From contig NC_087251.1 in assembly GCF_037042905.1 (NCBI RefSeq), positions 6,946,001 to 7,010,000 on the forward strand: a stretch of 64,000 nucleotides of DNA. The letters are read 5' to 3'. Both the position numbers and the translations under genes were made by a program. Origin of the DNA: Lytechinus pictus. Taxonomy: Eukaryota. The notes beneath the pieces are model-generated. The model did no database searches, was not told the DNA's origin, and worked only from the letters and a program-made list of their open reading frames with translations. Position 1 is the first letter of the stretch. Each line of letters opens with the position of its first letter. Below are positions 63,701 to 64,000 of this stretch, in pieces.

Positions 63701-64000
63701 TTCCCATTCTTTTCTATTTTTAATATGTACCACCACATTCTTTTGTTAATTCCAATTGTAATGGACTGTCCTATGAAAATACTGCATTGTTAGTATTGGT
63801 TCAGACTCACAGAATGATGGTTCCTTTTTAGGTTTGGCGAGGGGAAAACAGGTCGGTATTATAAAAGATGATCTTTATTGCTTCTAATTGGAGTTTAAAT
63901 AGTTAAGTTACCTTGAGATTCTTGGAGAATTGTTCATACAGCTTATTGTAATTTTCCTTGTCCTCAGAGAGTTCAAGGAAGAGTTCCATGCACTTCTTGA
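57754..64000 (-). CDS. HSP90AA1: Cytosolic heat shock protein 90 (HSP90-alpha/HSP83 type), 3' part; exons >64000-63912, 63569-63422, 60432-60164, 59751-59418, 57854-57754
   Basis: KKCMELF...[19 protein letters not shown]...YYITGESK...[20 protein letters not shown]...[28 protein letters not shown]...[11 protein letters not shown]...SRMEEVD*. MEEVD marks the cytosolic form. Splice phases are consistent. The AA1 symbol is nominal for an invertebrate gene. Confidence 0.96.
58035..59015. mobile_element. TTAA-flanked piggyBac-like MITE with a nested fragment; related remains at ~61700-63386
   Basis: TTAA|TCCTAA ... TTAGGG|TTAA; shared CATAAATTAGCATAA with 62070-62086 and AGGGTTAA end at ~63258-63265. 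Confidence 0.5.
60510..61700 (-). mobile_element. Helentron-type non-autonomous element with ~163 bp internal tandem repeats, in an HSP90 intron
   Basis: subTIR GTCTCGCCTGCAT (60533-60545) vs ATGCAGGCGAGAC (61684-61696); terminal hairpin 61671-61696; (CCG)n mini-repeat; 6 units of GACCCTAAATGACCTTTGACC at ~60648, 60811, 60962, 61125, 61289, 61476; A-run flanks, no TSD. Confidence 0.8.
62124..63168. mobile_element. Tc1/mariner-like MITE (TA TSD)
   Basis: TA|CAGTCAGTCGGCAAGCCC ... GGGCTTGCCAACTGACTG|TA; internal inverted pair 62516-62543 / 62752-62778. Confidence 0.75.

Noticed and set aside
57855..63911. Intronic snoRNAs or self-cleaving ribozymes in HSP90 introns
   Set aside because: No convincing C/D, H/ACA or hammerhead core seen by eye; an Infernal/Rfam scan would be needed to exclude them.

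Overview
AT-rich, intron-containing animal genomic DNA. The repeat content suggests a marine invertebrate, probably a sea urchin or relative (inference, not verifiable here). Four spliced genes can be rebuilt by hand with GT-AG introns and consistent phases: COA8/APOPT1 (+, 6866-23784, 4 coding exons, ~196 aa), MRPS5 (-, 39434-28961, 9 exons, 400 aa), TTL tubulin-tyrosine ligase (+, 39637-49394, 8 exons, 374 aa; head-to-head with MRPS5, 202 bp between ATGs) and the 3' half of cytosolic HSP90 (-, runs off the right edge, ends MEEVD). Almost everything else is non-autonomous mobile DNA, with no intact transposase or RT. Highlights: (i) a ~13.3 kb 'Russian-doll' stack of at least five nesting levels inside COA8 intron 1, most levels resolvable by TIRs and target-site duplications, including a 10.4 kb GG...CC/8-bp-TSD element with mirror-image GGATAC arrays; (ii) a tandem/self-nested Helentron-type array at the left edge whose units carry an intact tRNA-derived Pol III cassette; (iii) a dead L1/Tx1-type LINE in MRPS5 intron 1 split by a 6-bp-TSD element carrying promoter/exon-like sequence; (iv) a Gypsy relic flanked by inverted LTR-like repeats in TTL intron 1. 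Most ORFs in the supplied track are artefacts of microsatellites or repeats.
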